The translations under genes and the position numbers were made by a program. A DNA stretch of 64,000 nt from a virus (taxonomy: Duplodnaviria; Heunggongvirae; Uroviricota; Caudoviricetes), in the IMG/VR virus record IMGVR_UViG_3300022661_000054; one strand, written 5' to 3'. The notes beneath the pieces are model-generated. The model was not told the DNA's origin. It made no database searches and was given only the letters and a program-made list of their open reading frames with translations. Below, in pieces: positions 48,962 through 58,663 of this stretch. Position 1 is the stretch's first letter. Each line of letters opens with the position of its first letter.

Positions 48962-50458
48962 TTAGCAGCCTTCAGAGGTTCCGCAGTCAAATGTAATTGT
49001 ATCTGTATCAGCTAAAAAGTTACTATCGTTTTCTAACTGACTTATTTTTGTAGGTAATGCTTTATACGTACCGTCATTGCTTAAAACTCCCGTACCATCG
49101 CCGTTAGTTGTAATAGCACTTAAACGTCTGTCTTCAACATAGTTAGTTGTAAGTAATTCTATAACAATATTTTTACTAGCAGCTAATTCAAAATCAGCAG
49201 GCTTCAATAAATAATATGTATAAGGAGAAACAGATATAGTTATTTTATTTGTATTCGCCGATGCCGAAATAATATAAGAAATAGAATCATACTCTAGCGG
49301 AGACCACGATACATTTAAATTAACCTTAAGATTTTTAATATATAAGTTTCTTAATGAACCGCACATTCTAAATGCGTCTCTCCAGCTACCCTGTTTTGCA
49401 CCAAAGTTAGTAACATTAATAGCATCAAAGTTACCAGCATTCTCAATTGCGGTTGCTTCGCACATTAGACCTCTACAGTCTTTAGGCAGTATGATATTGA
49501 AGTCAGGATCGTCGTGTCCAAAGACACCAATTGTTCTAGCACCGTAGTAACTAAATACTTGTGTTGCCCAAGTTGCTTTTGCGAAACTATCCCGATATGC
49601 CTTGTTTCCCCAGTTTGGGTCACTATTTACGTTGAAGGCTAAATAAAATGCTTTAAACGTATTATCTGGAATAGATGAGTAACATAGAGGTAGCTGTGAG
49701 GTATAGTATAAGGTATAGTTTGTTCTTTTAGCAACGTCGCTTATATAAGGATTGTCGCTCCAGAAAATACAGTTTAAGTATTGCGCAAATTGTACCTGAT
49801 ATGAACCCTGATTACCTTGGCTCCACTTTGAATACATATCCTCTGCATTCATATTAAACAAGATATTTGAAAACTGTTTAACACCTTCCAGCCAGGAGTA
49901 GTAAGTTCCCAAAGCCCCTGGCCAAGCATTTAGTGCTAGGATAGAGTTATTAGACGTTGGTATAATCTCGAATTCATCCGTCTCCAGGAATTTAATTTCT
50001 ACATTAGAGTTCGCAGGATAAGTAGTAGAAGTACCATTAAGATTAATAGTAACATCTTCAATACAGTAGAATCTTAATACTGTATCTGATGCCAGTCTCT
50101 GGAATAAAGCTTCAACTTGCTCTTCAGACGTAAAGTTAGAATCATTTTCTAATTGACTAACTTTAGTAGGCACATCCTCTATTTTGGCATAACTATCCAA
50201 AGCGTTTATAACGGTTTCATCTATAAATGGAAGCTCATTTACTGGAGTGATGCCATCACCGAGCTTCATCCGTTCATATGTATATGGAGCAGTTCTATCT
50301 TCTGGCAGTTGAAGAATACTCCCGTCGGCAGCCACTTCACTGTCATAAATAATTAGTTCACCTTGTAATGGAACAAACTCAGGAGCGTTTAACCAAGTAA
50401 TTTCTAAGTCATGCTTATGTACGATTCTTGTTTTAATAAGTTTCTGGTTAATATTCAT
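48962..50458 (-). CDS. Additional tail fibre protein (498 aa) with the N-terminal anchor motif, located outside the main fibre cluster
   Basis: N-terminus ...HKHDLEITWLNAPEFVPLQGELIIYD...YERMKLGDGITPVNELPF. RBS is TTAGGAGGCT. Confidence 0.8.
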   Translation of the reverse strand: MNINQKLIKTRIVHKHDLEITWLNAPEFVPLQGELIIYDSEVAADGSILQLPEDRTAPYTYERMKLGDGITPVNELPFIDETVINALDSYAKIEDVPTKVSQLENDSNFTSEEQVEALFQRLASDTVLRFYCIEDVTINLNGTSTTYPANSNVEIKFLETDEFEIIPTSNNSILALNAWPGALGTYYSWLEGVKQFSNILFNMNAEDMYSKWSQGNQGSYQVQFAQYLNCIFWSDNPYISDVAKRTNYTLYYTSQLPLCYSSIPDNTFKAFYLAFNVNSDPNWGNKAYRDSFAKATWATQVFSYYGARTIGVFGHDDPDFNIILPKDCRGLMCEATAIENAGNFDAINVTNFGAKQGSWRDAFRMCGSLRNLYIKNLKVNLNVSWSPLEYDSISYIISASANTNKITISVSPYTYYLLKPADFELAASKNIVIELLTTNYVEDRRLSAITTNGDGTGVLSNDGTYKALPTKISQLENDSNFLADTDTITFDCGTSEGC

Positions 50459-50520
50459 TAAGATTAAACTAGCCTCCTAATACTGTAATAAATCTCTACA
50501 AGTAATTTAGCAATTAAAGA

Positions 50521-50555
50521 AACTACCGGTTGTCGTTTTCTGACAACCGGTAGTT
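50521..50555 (-). terminator. Intrinsic terminator upstream of the fibre gene 48962..50458
   Basis: A 14-bp perfect stem (aactaccggttgtc / gacaaccggtagtt) with a 7-nt loop is followed by TTTCTTTAATT on the minus strand. Confidence 0.75.
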
Positions 50556-50561
50556 ATGTTA

Positions 50562-50729
50562 TTATAGTTTACTTACAGGTTTTGCTGTGAGGATGTACGA
50601 TGTATCGCCTTCACATACCCATTTAAAGATCTTACGTTTTGCTCCCCACTTAGTCCAAGCATGGACATCATGGTAAACTAGAGGCCACTTCGTAAACTTG
50701 TCTGCAATGTAAACTCTGTACATTCTCAT
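50562..50729 (-). CDS. Unlisted small protein (55 aa), MRMYRVYIADKFTKWPLVYHDVHAW...
   Basis: ATG with a cGGAGGtatttt RBS. It ends just before the terminator. Confidence 0.45.
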   Translation of the reverse strand: MRMYRVYIADKFTKWPLVYHDVHAWTKWGAKRKIFKWVCEGDTSYILTAKPVSKL

Positions 50730-50731
50730 AC

Positions 50732-51883
50732 TTAAAATACCTCCGGCAGCGGTCTGGTAACGAAACAGTTATCCTTATGCTTCTGGAGCTCTTTAAGAAT
50801 TTCTATATCGTTTGCAATAAGAATACATCCATGTCCGACTAAGTTAATAGCAAGAAGACGAGGAGTCTCTCCGTTATGATAAGACTTCCAAAGGTCATCC
50901 CAAAATACATAACGTTCTAGTATCTCATCTACTTCTTCAAGAGCACCGCACGGAATAGGCTGAGTGGTACTGAATTCCATTACATCCTGGATGTCTTGAA
51001 TGTCTACGTAGCAGTGAGCATGAATCATATAGTTAGCCCAAGGAAAATACTTATAGAGTCTAAGCTGAACTGGAGTATCAACCGAGGGTTTATTATCTCC
51101 GAAGTACTTTACTGTATCAGTACCATCAAGGAATGTAGGTACAAACGATGCTGCATTAATATCTGACTTATCTACATTTCTTCTACTAACATAGATAATG
51201 CCGTTCTCTCCTCTAAAAGACGGGAAACCGTTCTGACACCTAAAACTCATATTACCTAAGAATCTCTCAGTGCCTTTTGCAGGTCTAATTAGGTTATGAA
51301 AAATGTCTGCACAGCTATGAGCAAAGTCTAAGAATTCAGTTTCCTCAGGAACGCTTGGAGCTTCTAATTCAGTCTCTTGTACAGAAGGCACTCGTGTAAA
51401 CATCAGCAGCTGCTTGACTCTATTAAGTAACTTAGTACACATCTCGTCCACCATGAATCCGTCATAGAAGACATTACCAAGAGGGTCGAACAACATCATG
51501 TTAAATAGTCCGTCTTGGTCTTTAACGAACTCAATAGTAAGGTTAGCTTTGATAGCAAGAGCTCTACTGATTAGCTCAGCGAAAGTATACTTACCTCCAT
51601 CATTACGCTTCGAAGTAATCAAGATACACTTTGGATTAATAGCTTTAACATCTCTGAGCTTAACTTCATCATTACTTACATTCGCAAACCAGAGTACTAC
51701 ATCATATCCTAAAACAGAAGGAAGTATTTCATCATGCAGATCTTCTACCCAACCGCCATTGACAGTAGTAACATCGAAGGCAGTTTTTTCTCTAATGCTT
51801 TTATTAATACTTCTAACTAGGCCGCTAGGTCTGCCGCCATCATGATCAAATGTACCACCTACAATTAGCATTTGAGTATTCAT
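50732..51883 (-). CDS. Hypothetical protein (383 aa) with a possible C-terminal class II aldolase/adducin-like fold
   Basis: MIHAHCYV and LLAINLVGHGCILIANDIEIL resemble the metal-ligand His segments of class II aldolases. The similarity is weak. Confidence 0.7.
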   Translation of the reverse strand: MNTQMLIVGGTFDHDGGRPSGLVRSINKSIREKTAFDVTTVNGGWVEDLHDEILPSVLGYDVVLWFANVSNDEVKLRDVKAINPKCILITSKRNDGGKYTFAELISRALAIKANLTIEFVKDQDGLFNMMLFDPLGNVFYDGFMVDEMCTKLLNRVKQLLMFTRVPSVQETELEAPSVPEETEFLDFAHSCADIFHNLIRPAKGTERFLGNMSFRCQNGFPSFRGENGIIYVSRRNVDKSDINAASFVPTFLDGTDTVKYFGDNKPSVDTPVQLRLYKYFPWANYMIHAHCYVDIQDIQDVMEFSTTQPIPCGALEEVDEILERYVFWDDLWKSYHNGETPRLLAINLVGHGCILIANDIEILKELQKHKDNCFVTRPLPEVF

Positions 51884-51898
51884 TTAATAACATCTCCT

Positions 51899-52345
51899 TT
51901 AACCTTCAACTACCTGCACAGTAATAGTTGCCTGCACATCGTTAAATAGCTTTGCCTTAATCTTATAAGTGCCGAAAGCTTTAATAGGACTTTCCATAGA
52001 AAGCTTTTTCTTATCTACTTCTAAGTTATATTCCTGTTTAAGCTGCTGCGTAATTTCTTTTGCAGTAATAGCTCCGTAGAGTTTATTATCCACGCCAGCT
52101 TTACGTTTAAGTACGAGAGTAATAGTTTCTAGCTGTTTAGCAGTTTCTACTGCGGCAGCCTTTTCTATATCGTACTTATGCTGTTTTGAAGCTTCTCTAC
52201 CTCTTAGCTCATTCAGTGCTTCTGCATCTGCCGCAATAGCAAGTTTTTTCGCAAACAAGTAGTTTCGAGCGTATCCGTCGGATACATCAACTACCTGGTC
52301 CTTCTTACCTTTTCCTTTAACATCTACAAGTAAAATAACCTTCAT
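51899..52345 (-). CDS. rplI: Ribosomal protein bL9
   Basis: MKVILLVDVKGKGKKDQVVDVSDGYARNYLFAKKLA... is a canonical L9 N-domain. Length is 148 aa with a helical linker and a C-terminal domain. Confidence 0.9.
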   Translation of the reverse strand: MKVILLVDVKGKGKKDQVVDVSDGYARNYLFAKKLAIAADAEALNELRGREASKQHKYDIEKAAAVETAKQLETITLVLKRKAGVDNKLYGAITAKEITQQLKQEYNLEVDKKKLSMESPIKAFGTYKIKAKLFNDVQATITVQVVEG

Positions 52346-52393
52346 AGTTCCTTACCTTTCTTATTCTTTATATTATAACAGGGGATAAAGATT

Positions 52394-52807
52394 TTAGTCA
52401 TCACTCAAATATCCCCACTTGAGTTTAAATTTTTTAGCGTAAGCATCTGCCGCCGCAATATCAGCGTCGATACCTAAAGCTTCTTTAGCGTTTTCATATA
52501 TAGTCACTGCATTACAATAACTTAATGCCAGAGCCTGCATTTCTTCACAATAGCTCTCAGCAGAACAGCCGCCTTCTAATAGCTGTTTCTGCATGAAAGC
52601 AACCTGGCTGTTGAAATAGTCAGTAGCTTCACGTAGCTCTGAACCAATACGAAGAGAGTTCCTAAGTGCTCGGTTATAATGAGTATACCATACACTATGC
52701 TTCTTGCGCCGATACACATCTATCACACGCCAATATACAACATAGCCGAGAGCAAAAAGAACTGCGACAGTAAGAACAATGTTCATAAAAAGAGTTTCAG
52801 TTGTCAT
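52394..52807 (-). CDS. Hypothetical protein with an N-terminal TM helix (137 aa)
   Basis: ORF. Confidence 0.65.
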   Translation of the reverse strand: MTTETLFMNIVLTVAVLFALGYVVYWRVIDVYRRKKHSVWYTHYNRALRNSLRIGSELREATDYFNSQVAFMQKQLLEGGCSAESYCEEMQALALSYCNAVTIYENAKEALGIDADIAAADAYAKKFKLKWGYLSDD

Positions 52808-52821
52808 GCATCTTCAGCTCC

Positions 52822-53244
52822 TTATACTTGAATAACAATTCCGTAATCCTTACAATACTGCGCGAACTGTTTACCATTAAGTTCCTTAGCAGCTTTCTCT
52901 ACAGTCCAGTTGTCTAAGTTTTTAACAATAAGCTTACCGCTAGGTAAATATTTATCTATATAATCCTGACCCCAGTCACGCTGTTTTGCAACTTCAAGAC
53001 TTTCTTCATAAGTAAGCACTCTCTGCCAGCCTGAGAAATCATGTCCCCAACCGCTGCTTGCTAGCCTTTCTTTAGTAAGTCTTTCAACTTCTGCCTCTAG
53101 CTCAGTGTCATCGCAGATACCATCGATTCCAGTAGTACAATAAATCTTCTGTCTTTCTACTACAGGCTTAGACCAGAAATATGGTTTTTCTTCAAATGTC
53201 GCTTCACCTTCCATGATGAATCCTTTATGAAAACTTACTAGCAT
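52822..53244 (-). CDS. Hypothetical protein (140 aa)
   Basis: ORF. Confidence 0.65.
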   Translation of the reverse strand: MLVSFHKGFIMEGEATFEEKPYFWSKPVVERQKIYCTTGIDGICDDTELEAEVERLTKERLASSGWGHDFSGWQRVLTYEESLEVAKQRDWGQDYIDKYLPSGKLIVKNLDNWTVEKAAKELNGKQFAQYCKDYGIVIQV

Positions 53245-53539
53245 ACTTGACCCTCCGAACTTCTTTATATGTATCGGTATCTACGACCTCAATAGTATCA
53301 CCAGGAACTATTAAGTTGTATTCACCTTTATAACCATAATACTTAATATCTCCTAAGGAGATATCTTGATAGCCTGGATAAAATTCAAACCTAGAACGTT
53401 TACCAGTTTCCGTGTTCTCACAGATAGCTACTATGCATTGAGTCTTATCTACATAGATAGATTGTGTACCGTATCCAAGCTTCGATAGCCTATATTCTTT
53501 AATTGATTCATATTCTCGAACATCAAGAACCTTATACAT
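53225..53539 (-). CDS. Hypothetical protein (104 aa)
   Basis: ORF. Confidence 0.65.
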   Translation of the reverse strand: MYKVLDVREYESIKEYRLSKLGYGTQSIYVDKTQCIVAICENTETGKRSRFEFYPGYQDISLGDIKYYGYKGEYNLIVPGDTIEVVDTDTYKEVRRVKYASKFS

Positions 53540-53550
53540 CAGTATCCTCC

Positions 53551-53817
53551 TTAATAACAGTTCTCAAGCTTACGTCCACATCTAGGACAATGACTAACTG
53601 GTGCTTCTACTACCATACCGGTATCATCCGCGAACTCACAGATCAGGGACCAGCGGTCTACTTCTCGATACTCTCTTAAGTATAGTACAGGATTATTACC
53701 GTTCGCTTTCAGAAGCTCATGTGTATGTTCATTAACTAAGAAAAAAGGTTTATGGATAAAGTAGTCCTTATTGGCATGCTCTACATTTACATCTGTCATA
53801 TCACAGTAATCACACAT
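53551..53817 (-). CDS. Zinc-ribbon protein (88 aa)
   Basis: CDYCDM...CPRCGRK. Confidence 0.65.
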   Translation of the reverse strand: MCDYCDMTDVNVEHANKDYFIHKPFFLVNEHTHELLKANGNNPVLYLREYREVDRWSLICEFADDTGMVVEAPVSHCPRCGRKLENCY

Positions 53818-54062
53818 CTGAAGTATCCTCCTATCTATTCGTTATATAATGTAATACAATGCCAGGTACAAAAGAAAGAAGTAAATTAATAACTGTTTCT
53901 ATGATTTGCATTTCTTTAGTGCTCCTTTATTACTTACTACTTTTTTAACAAATCTTTTATACCAGTTGCATGGATGTCCCTTACGACATTTATAAGAGTA
54001 ATCACAGTACCAGCATTCTTTAGTAGTAGTCTTCTTATAATCTGATAATCTACCCATGCTCT

Positions 54063-54302
54063 TTAACCCGCATCGTAGATAGTGAGAGGTTTATACTTTT
54101 CCTTTTGTGTAGCCCATGCAGAATCATACTCAGTCATGATATTAAACCTAGGACGGAAGTCTCCATCGCCGTCTGCATAGATACCAACTACCCCACTATG
54201 TCCTTGTTCGCCAAAGTATTGCATCTCTTCTAGCATCGCGCAGAAGTCATTAACCCAGCGTTCGGGTATTTCACATTCAATAGTAAACTTTCTATTCTCC
54301 AT
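54063..54302 (-). CDS. Hypothetical protein (79 aa)
   Basis: ORF. Confidence 0.6.
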   Translation of the reverse strand: MENRKFTIECEIPERWVNDFCAMLEEMQYFGEQGHSGVVGIYADGDGDFRPRFNIMTEYDSAWATQKEKYKPLTIYDAG

Positions 54303-54303
54303 A

Positions 54304-54900
54304 TTAATACTCCTTTACTACATCGCCCTTGCGGTCGCAGAGGGTGATGCTAATGATGTCGTCCTCTGGCTTCAAGTATTCATAAATCTTCTTACTAAAG
54401 AACTCCTTCATGCGAGGAATGATGATCTCTTCCCAGTAACGACTAAGAGGCTTTACCAACTGGATCTTAAGAACGTTGCTGCCGTTCTTATGAAGGATAT
54501 CCCAGTCAATAGTATAGAAAGTAAGCTGCTCCCAGTCATCGCACTCCTGGAAGGTTTCAAGTAAGTAGTCTCTATAGAGCTCATACGATTCAGAGGCCTC
54601 CTCAAAGTCAATAGCTTCCTTATTAAATACTTCTTTCCAAAACAGAGCGCGTTCTTCATCTGAGTGATCAAGACGCATCTGGCAGTCGTCTAGTATACCA
54701 ATAGCATAGCCGAGGAACTCACGTTCAAAGTTACCCCAGTAAGATGTGCACTCTACTTCCAGTGTATAAGGAACAATAGGTTTACTCTTACGCATATTAT
54801 ATACTAACTTCTTTTCTTCTTCTGGAAGGTCGCACACATCCCAGACATCTGAATCCTGACCTCGAAGGTCGCGCCACTTTTGATTATACTTATATACCAT
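54304..54900 (-). CDS. Hypothetical acidic protein (198 aa)
   Basis: ORF. Confidence 0.7.
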   Translation of the reverse strand: MVYKYNQKWRDLRGQDSDVWDVCDLPEEEKKLVYNMRKSKPIVPYTLEVECTSYWGNFEREFLGYAIGILDDCQMRLDHSDEERALFWKEVFNKEAIDFEEASESYELYRDYLLETFQECDDWEQLTFYTIDWDILHKNGSNVLKIQLVKPLSRYWEEIIIPRMKEFFSKKIYEYLKPEDDIISITLCDRKGDVVKEY

Positions 54901-54989
54901 AATCTATGTCTCCTTATTACTTCTTATTAATATAATACGGTTCTGCGGATTAAAAAATAACAGCTCTCGTAAAGAAAGCTGTTACTATA

Positions 54990-55475
54990 TTACTTAATAA
55001 CCTTTGCACCGCACTTAGAACAATAGTCCTCCATAACTGCAAGCTTATGACAGTTGGAACAATAGTGTCTAGAACCAACATGTAGTTCTCTTACTGCAGT
55101 AAGCTCTTCAAAGGTTCTGCGTTCATTTCCCATAGGTGTCTTCTGCTTATAGTCTTCAATAAATTGTGCTGCCTCTTCTCTAGTCAAACACTTACCCCAT
55201 GCAGGCTTACCATAAGGATTAATCAATCCACGAATCCAAGTTTCATCAGAACACATATGCCACTGATAAGGTGTCATCTCCATACACCACCAGCAACTGC
55301 CATTAGTTCCGTCTGACTTACCAAAGTCAGGGCAGTGAATATGTTCCTTTACTGGAGGGTTATAATGACAGCGACACTGAGTTAAGGTTTCTGGTACTGC
55401 ATCATGAGATGCCAGTTCTTCTTGAGGTAAAGGAAATATAGGTCCTAGCATTCTAAACAATCCTCCCCAAACCAT
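54990..55475 (-). CDS. Cys/His-rich hypothetical protein (161 aa)
   Basis: Multiple CxxC and HC motifs. The C-terminal ribbon is CSNCH...CSKCG. Confidence 0.65.
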   Translation of the reverse strand: MVWGGLFRMLGPIFPLPQEELASHDAVPETLTQCRCHYNPPVKEHIHCPDFGKSDGTNGSCWWCMEMTPYQWHMCSDETWIRGLINPYGKPAWGKCLTREEAAQFIEDYKQKTPMGNERRTFEELTAVRELHVGSRHYCSNCHKLAVMEDYCSKCGAKVIK

Positions 55476-55834
55476 TCTAACATCTTACTATATAATGAAC
55501 CGTCAATATCAAGACGTGCACCAAACCAGCCTAATGAGAACCAACCACCATCTTTAGTTCTTACGAAGTAAGAAGGTTCTTCTTCATCATCACCTACTGC
55601 TTTAACAAAGTAGTCAGTCTCGTTAGCGTATAACCAAAAACAGTCTGTGACTTCTTGCGTCCAATCAGATATTAACTCATTATCCTTACATTCTTTAAAA
55701 GGAATTATTTCTGTTATAGTAACCATACTATGTCTAGTAAGTTTAATCTTACCATCATCGAATACATGATATTCTTTTCCGACTTCTGGAACTGGCTGTT
55801 CTTTATAAGGTCTAGTATTTAATAAAGTAACCAT
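55445..55834 (-). CDS. Hypothetical protein (129 aa)
   Basis: ORF. Confidence 0.65.
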   Translation of the reverse strand: MVTLLNTRPYKEQPVPEVGKEYHVFDDGKIKLTRHSMVTITEIIPFKECKDNELISDWTQEVTDCFWLYANETDYFVKAVGDDEEEPSYFVRTKDGGWFSLGWFGARLDIDGSLYSKMLEWFGEDCLEC

Positions 55835-55849
55835 ATTAATCCTCCTTAA

Positions 55850-56065
55850 TTACTTATTATAAGTTATCTCAGTTCCACAATAAGGACAGAACTTATATTC
55901 TGCTTTTTCTCTATCATCAAAGCTAAAGTTATCCCAACCGTCGTACTTAGTTTGTGTACCTATCTTCTTACCGCAAGTACAATAGACTTCTCTGGTATAA
56001 TGCTCATATCCATGTCCGCCAGGTCTCTTACCGTGATACTGAGGTTCAGTATATATTACAGCCAT
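55850..56065 (-). CDS. Zinc-ribbon protein (71 aa)
   Basis: CTCGKK...CPYCG. Confidence 0.6.
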   Translation of the reverse strand: MAVIYTEPQYHGKRPGGHGYEHYTREVYCTCGKKIGTQTKYDGWDNFSFDDREKAEYKFCPYCGTEITYNK

Positions 56066-56067
56066 AG

Positions 56068-56565
56068 TTATTTCTCCTTTACATACTTATAACCGTTTAT
56101 AATAAGAGTATCTATGTTTTCTAGTTTATCCGGTTCAAGCTCGAATTCTACATCGATCTCTCGTAGCTGCACCTTAAACTTTTCGCAGTTAGTAATAGTC
56201 AATGTCTGCGGTTCTAAGGAACCAATAGCTTTACCTACTGCGGTACCATGAACATAGAAAGGCGTATCAGTAATCTTCTTCGCCATTTCTTTAATATACT
56301 CTTCAGTCAGTTCCGGTGGATCTCCGGGAGTTATTCTATATCCATAACCACATTCAGGACAAGCCCACCAATCACCAAGTAGCTCTAACTTAGTATTACA
56401 TCTTACGCAATATTTATCTGAGGAACTGGACTTAGTACTATCAGACATCTGAGCCGCATTAGTACTAGGTAATATGTAATGACACTTCTCACATACCTCA
56501 GAACCATTGTCTAGTACTATCACGTATCCGCCACATACTGGGCAGCTCTTATTTATATAATACAC
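56068..56565 (-). CDS. Double zinc-ribbon protein (165 aa)
   Basis: CPVCGG...CEKCH and CVRCN...CPECG. Confidence 0.65.
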   Translation of the reverse strand: MYYINKSCPVCGGYVIVLDNGSEVCEKCHYILPSTNAAQMSDSTKSSSSDKYCVRCNTKLELLGDWWACPECGYGYRITPGDPPELTEEYIKEMAKKITDTPFYVHGTAVGKAIGSLEPQTLTITNCEKFKVQLREIDVEFELEPDKLENIDTLIINGYKYVKEK

Positions 56566-56789
56566 TATCTCATACCTCCAGATATTTGATTATATTTAGA
56601 GTAAGCTTCGTCGCTATTCTTAAATTCCCATGTACTAGTAGCAATATCATTATCAGTCCAACCACCGATAAATTGTTCCGTAGATACAACAAGAAAGTTA
56701 GTATCTGAGAATTCTAGTAATACTACTGTAGCTTGGATCCAGCAATCGTTGCCGCTACGTTCTGTACTCTTTTCTTTTAGTATCTTCAT
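56565..56789 (-). CDS. Hypothetical protein (74 aa)
   Basis: ORF. Confidence 0.55.
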   Translation of the reverse strand: MKILKEKSTERSGNDCWIQATVVLLEFSDTNFLVVSTEQFIGGWTDNDIATSTWEFKNSDEAYSKYNQISGGMR

Positions 56790-56800
56790 ATTAAAGCTCC

Positions 56801-57103
56801 TTAACCGAAAGCATAGTTTCCGAAGTTATCATTGATCGGGTCAATAGGCTCATATCGCTTAGTATCGTTATTCCACTTAAAGAACCAGCGATCATCTTCG
56901 AGGGCAAGTGGATACAAACCAGGAGTTAGATATTCTACTACTGCATAAGTATAGATAGTTTCCCAAAGGTCGCATCTGTTCTCGAGGACAGCGGCAAAAG
57001 CGTCTTCCTTATCAGTATAGTAACCAACAGTCCTCGTAGCTCCGGTATCTGGAAAGCCACACTGGTCCAGCTCGTATTTAGTAAAGGTCGTAATGAAATA
57101 CAT
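56801..57103 (-). CDS. Hypothetical protein (100 aa)
   Basis: ORF. Confidence 0.6.
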   Translation of the reverse strand: MYFITTFTKYELDQCGFPDTGATRTVGYYTDKEDAFAAVLENRCDLWETIYTYAVVEYLTPGLYPLALEDDRWFFKWNNDTKRYEPIDPINDNFGNYAFG

Positions 57104-57106
57104 ATC

Positions 57107-57355
57107 TTAATCCTCTTTTTCAAAGTGTTCATATTTAAGTCGTTCATAACAGGAGTGGCAATTAAATAGATGATCCTGATACGCTTCATAAAATCTACTA
57201 ACTTCTGTTTTATTGTTACAGATCATGTTGAACAACCAGTCAATGTCTTCATCATGTTTCTTCTTAAGAATACAATATACTAGGACTCCTACGATGATCG
57301 CTGCGCAGATGCTCATGACTGAACTTGCAATGATGAAGTCGGTTATGGTAATCAT
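57107..57355 (-). CDS. Small membrane protein (82 aa)
   Basis: N-terminal TM helix. Confidence 0.55.
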   Translation of the reverse strand: MITITDFIIASSVMSICAAIIVGVLVYCILKKKHDEDIDWLFNMICNNKTEVSRFYEAYQDHLFNCHSCYERLKYEHFEKED

Positions 57356-57582
57356 TCTCCTCGACCTCCTGCCAGATCAATAATATTCTCTTTAGTAATA
57401 GACTTCTTAAACGTCTTCTTTATATCTGATCCACAATAGGGACAGATGGACTTTCCATATACCACTGCCTCATAGTTAGTACACATATGTAAATGATCTT
57501 CCTCAACTAGAATCTTCGGATCGTGGAAGTACAACATAACAGGTACTTCTGCTTTACAGTGTTCACACATTACTTTCTGCAT
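57352..57582 (-). CDS. Zinc-ribbon protein (76 aa)
   Basis: CEHCKA...CPYCG. Confidence 0.6.
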   Translation of the reverse strand: MQKVMCEHCKAEVPVMLYFHDPKILVEEDHLHMCTNYEAVVYGKSICPYCGSDIKKTFKKSITKENIIDLAGGRGE

Positions 57583-57596
57583 AGATATTGACTCCT

Positions 57597-57917
57597 TTAA
57601 TAATTATTAAAGTACTCTTCCGCGGCTGACAAGGAATCAAAGCATTCTTCATCATCAAGTCGCCAGTTAGTTTCAACTCCATTAAAATGTCTAGTAGTAC
57701 TTGATACTATATAAAATTCTTTATCTGATATAATCTGATTTGTTTTGCCGTCGGTTCGAACTTCATAATATTTTTCTAGAGTAGTTCTAGTACACCATTC
57801 ACAGCACGCATCATATTCGGTAGAGAACTTCTCACCTAAAAGCTCAGTATTAGAATTAACTCGGACTGACATTATCTCATCTCCTATAAAAAAAGAAACT
57901 CTACTGATATTATACAA
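57597..57917 (-). CDS. Hypothetical protein (106 aa)
   Basis: ORF. Confidence 0.6.
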   Translation of the reverse strand: MYNISRVSFFIGDEIMSVRVNSNTELLGEKFSTEYDACCEWCTRTTLEKYYEVRTDGKTNQIISDKEFYIVSSTTRHFNGVETNWRLDDEECFDSLSAAEEYFNNY

Positions 57918-57941
57918 TCAGTAGAGTTCAAATTTAACATC

Positions 57942-58109
57942 TTATTTTAATAATACAGTATTAGTACCTTCATCATACCACACCTCGACATCTGACATGT
58001 GACAACTCGCTGCTACATCTACAGTTGCTCCGAGCGGTTGGTTACTAAGAAGCTGAATTAGTTCATTTACTGTTGTCGCGGTTCCAACATGCTTTTCTTC
58101 GTATACCAT
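57942..58109 (-). CDS. Unlisted small protein (55 aa), MVYEEKHVGTATTVNELIQLL...
   Basis: ATG with a taGGAGGtaagtctac RBS. Intact frame. Confidence 0.45.
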   Translation of the reverse strand: MVYEEKHVGTATTVNELIQLLSNQPLGATVDVAASCHMSDVEVWYDEGTNTVLLK

Positions 58110-58127
58110 GTAGACTTACCTCCTAGC

Positions 58128-58298
58128 TTACTTCTTACAGGGATTATCTACCTTAAGCTGTTCTGCAAGTCTACAGATAATGTCGTACGCGCTTTGTGCA
58201 GTAGCAAGTTTATTAGTATCCTGTGTACGCACATCTTCAACTGCTTTATGGGCTCCCATCAGGAATCCTTTGATAATAGCTTCTTCACTTCTAGTCAT
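58128..58298 (-). CDS. Unlisted small protein (about 56 aa), MTRSEEAIIKGFLMGAHKAVEDVR...
   Basis: ATG with a tataaGGAGatataaat RBS. Coordinates are accurate to about 3 nt. Confidence 0.4.
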   Translation of the reverse strand: MTRSEEAIIKGFLMGAHKAVEDVRTQDTNKLATAQSAYDIICRLAEQLKVDNPCKK

Positions 58299-58310
58299 AT
58301 TTATATCTCC

Positions 58311-58661
58311 TTATAATGTATCCTCTGTCATTTGTTCTAGTGCTTCTTCTACAGCTTCTTTAAAAGTAATATCCGGATTCTTAGTTTCCGGTACGTTCTG
58401 GTATTCAGTATAAAGTTCTGACTCATAAACGTTTTCAATAATCTCGCCTGTCGCGGACTTAATAGTATAAGTAAACTCTCTAAAGATGAATCCGCTCTTC
58501 TTGTCAGATACTCCGGTAACTTCACAAGGAACACAGAACTTCTGTAACTTCTTTTTATTAAACTCTGGAAGAATAATAGTTAGTTTATATACCTTATCTC
58601 CTACCTTATACTTTGGTGCGTCCCCACTCTTGTAGGTAGGTACTGCGTCAAACCAACCCAT
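58311..58661 (-). CDS. Hypothetical protein (116 aa)
   Basis: ORF. Confidence 0.65.
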   Translation of the reverse strand: MGWFDAVPTYKSGDAPKYKVGDKVYKLTIILPEFNKKKLQKFCVPCEVTGVSDKKSGFIFREFTYTIKSATGEIIENVYESELYTEYQNVPETKNPDITFKEAVEEALEQMTEDTL

Positions 58662-58663
58662 AT

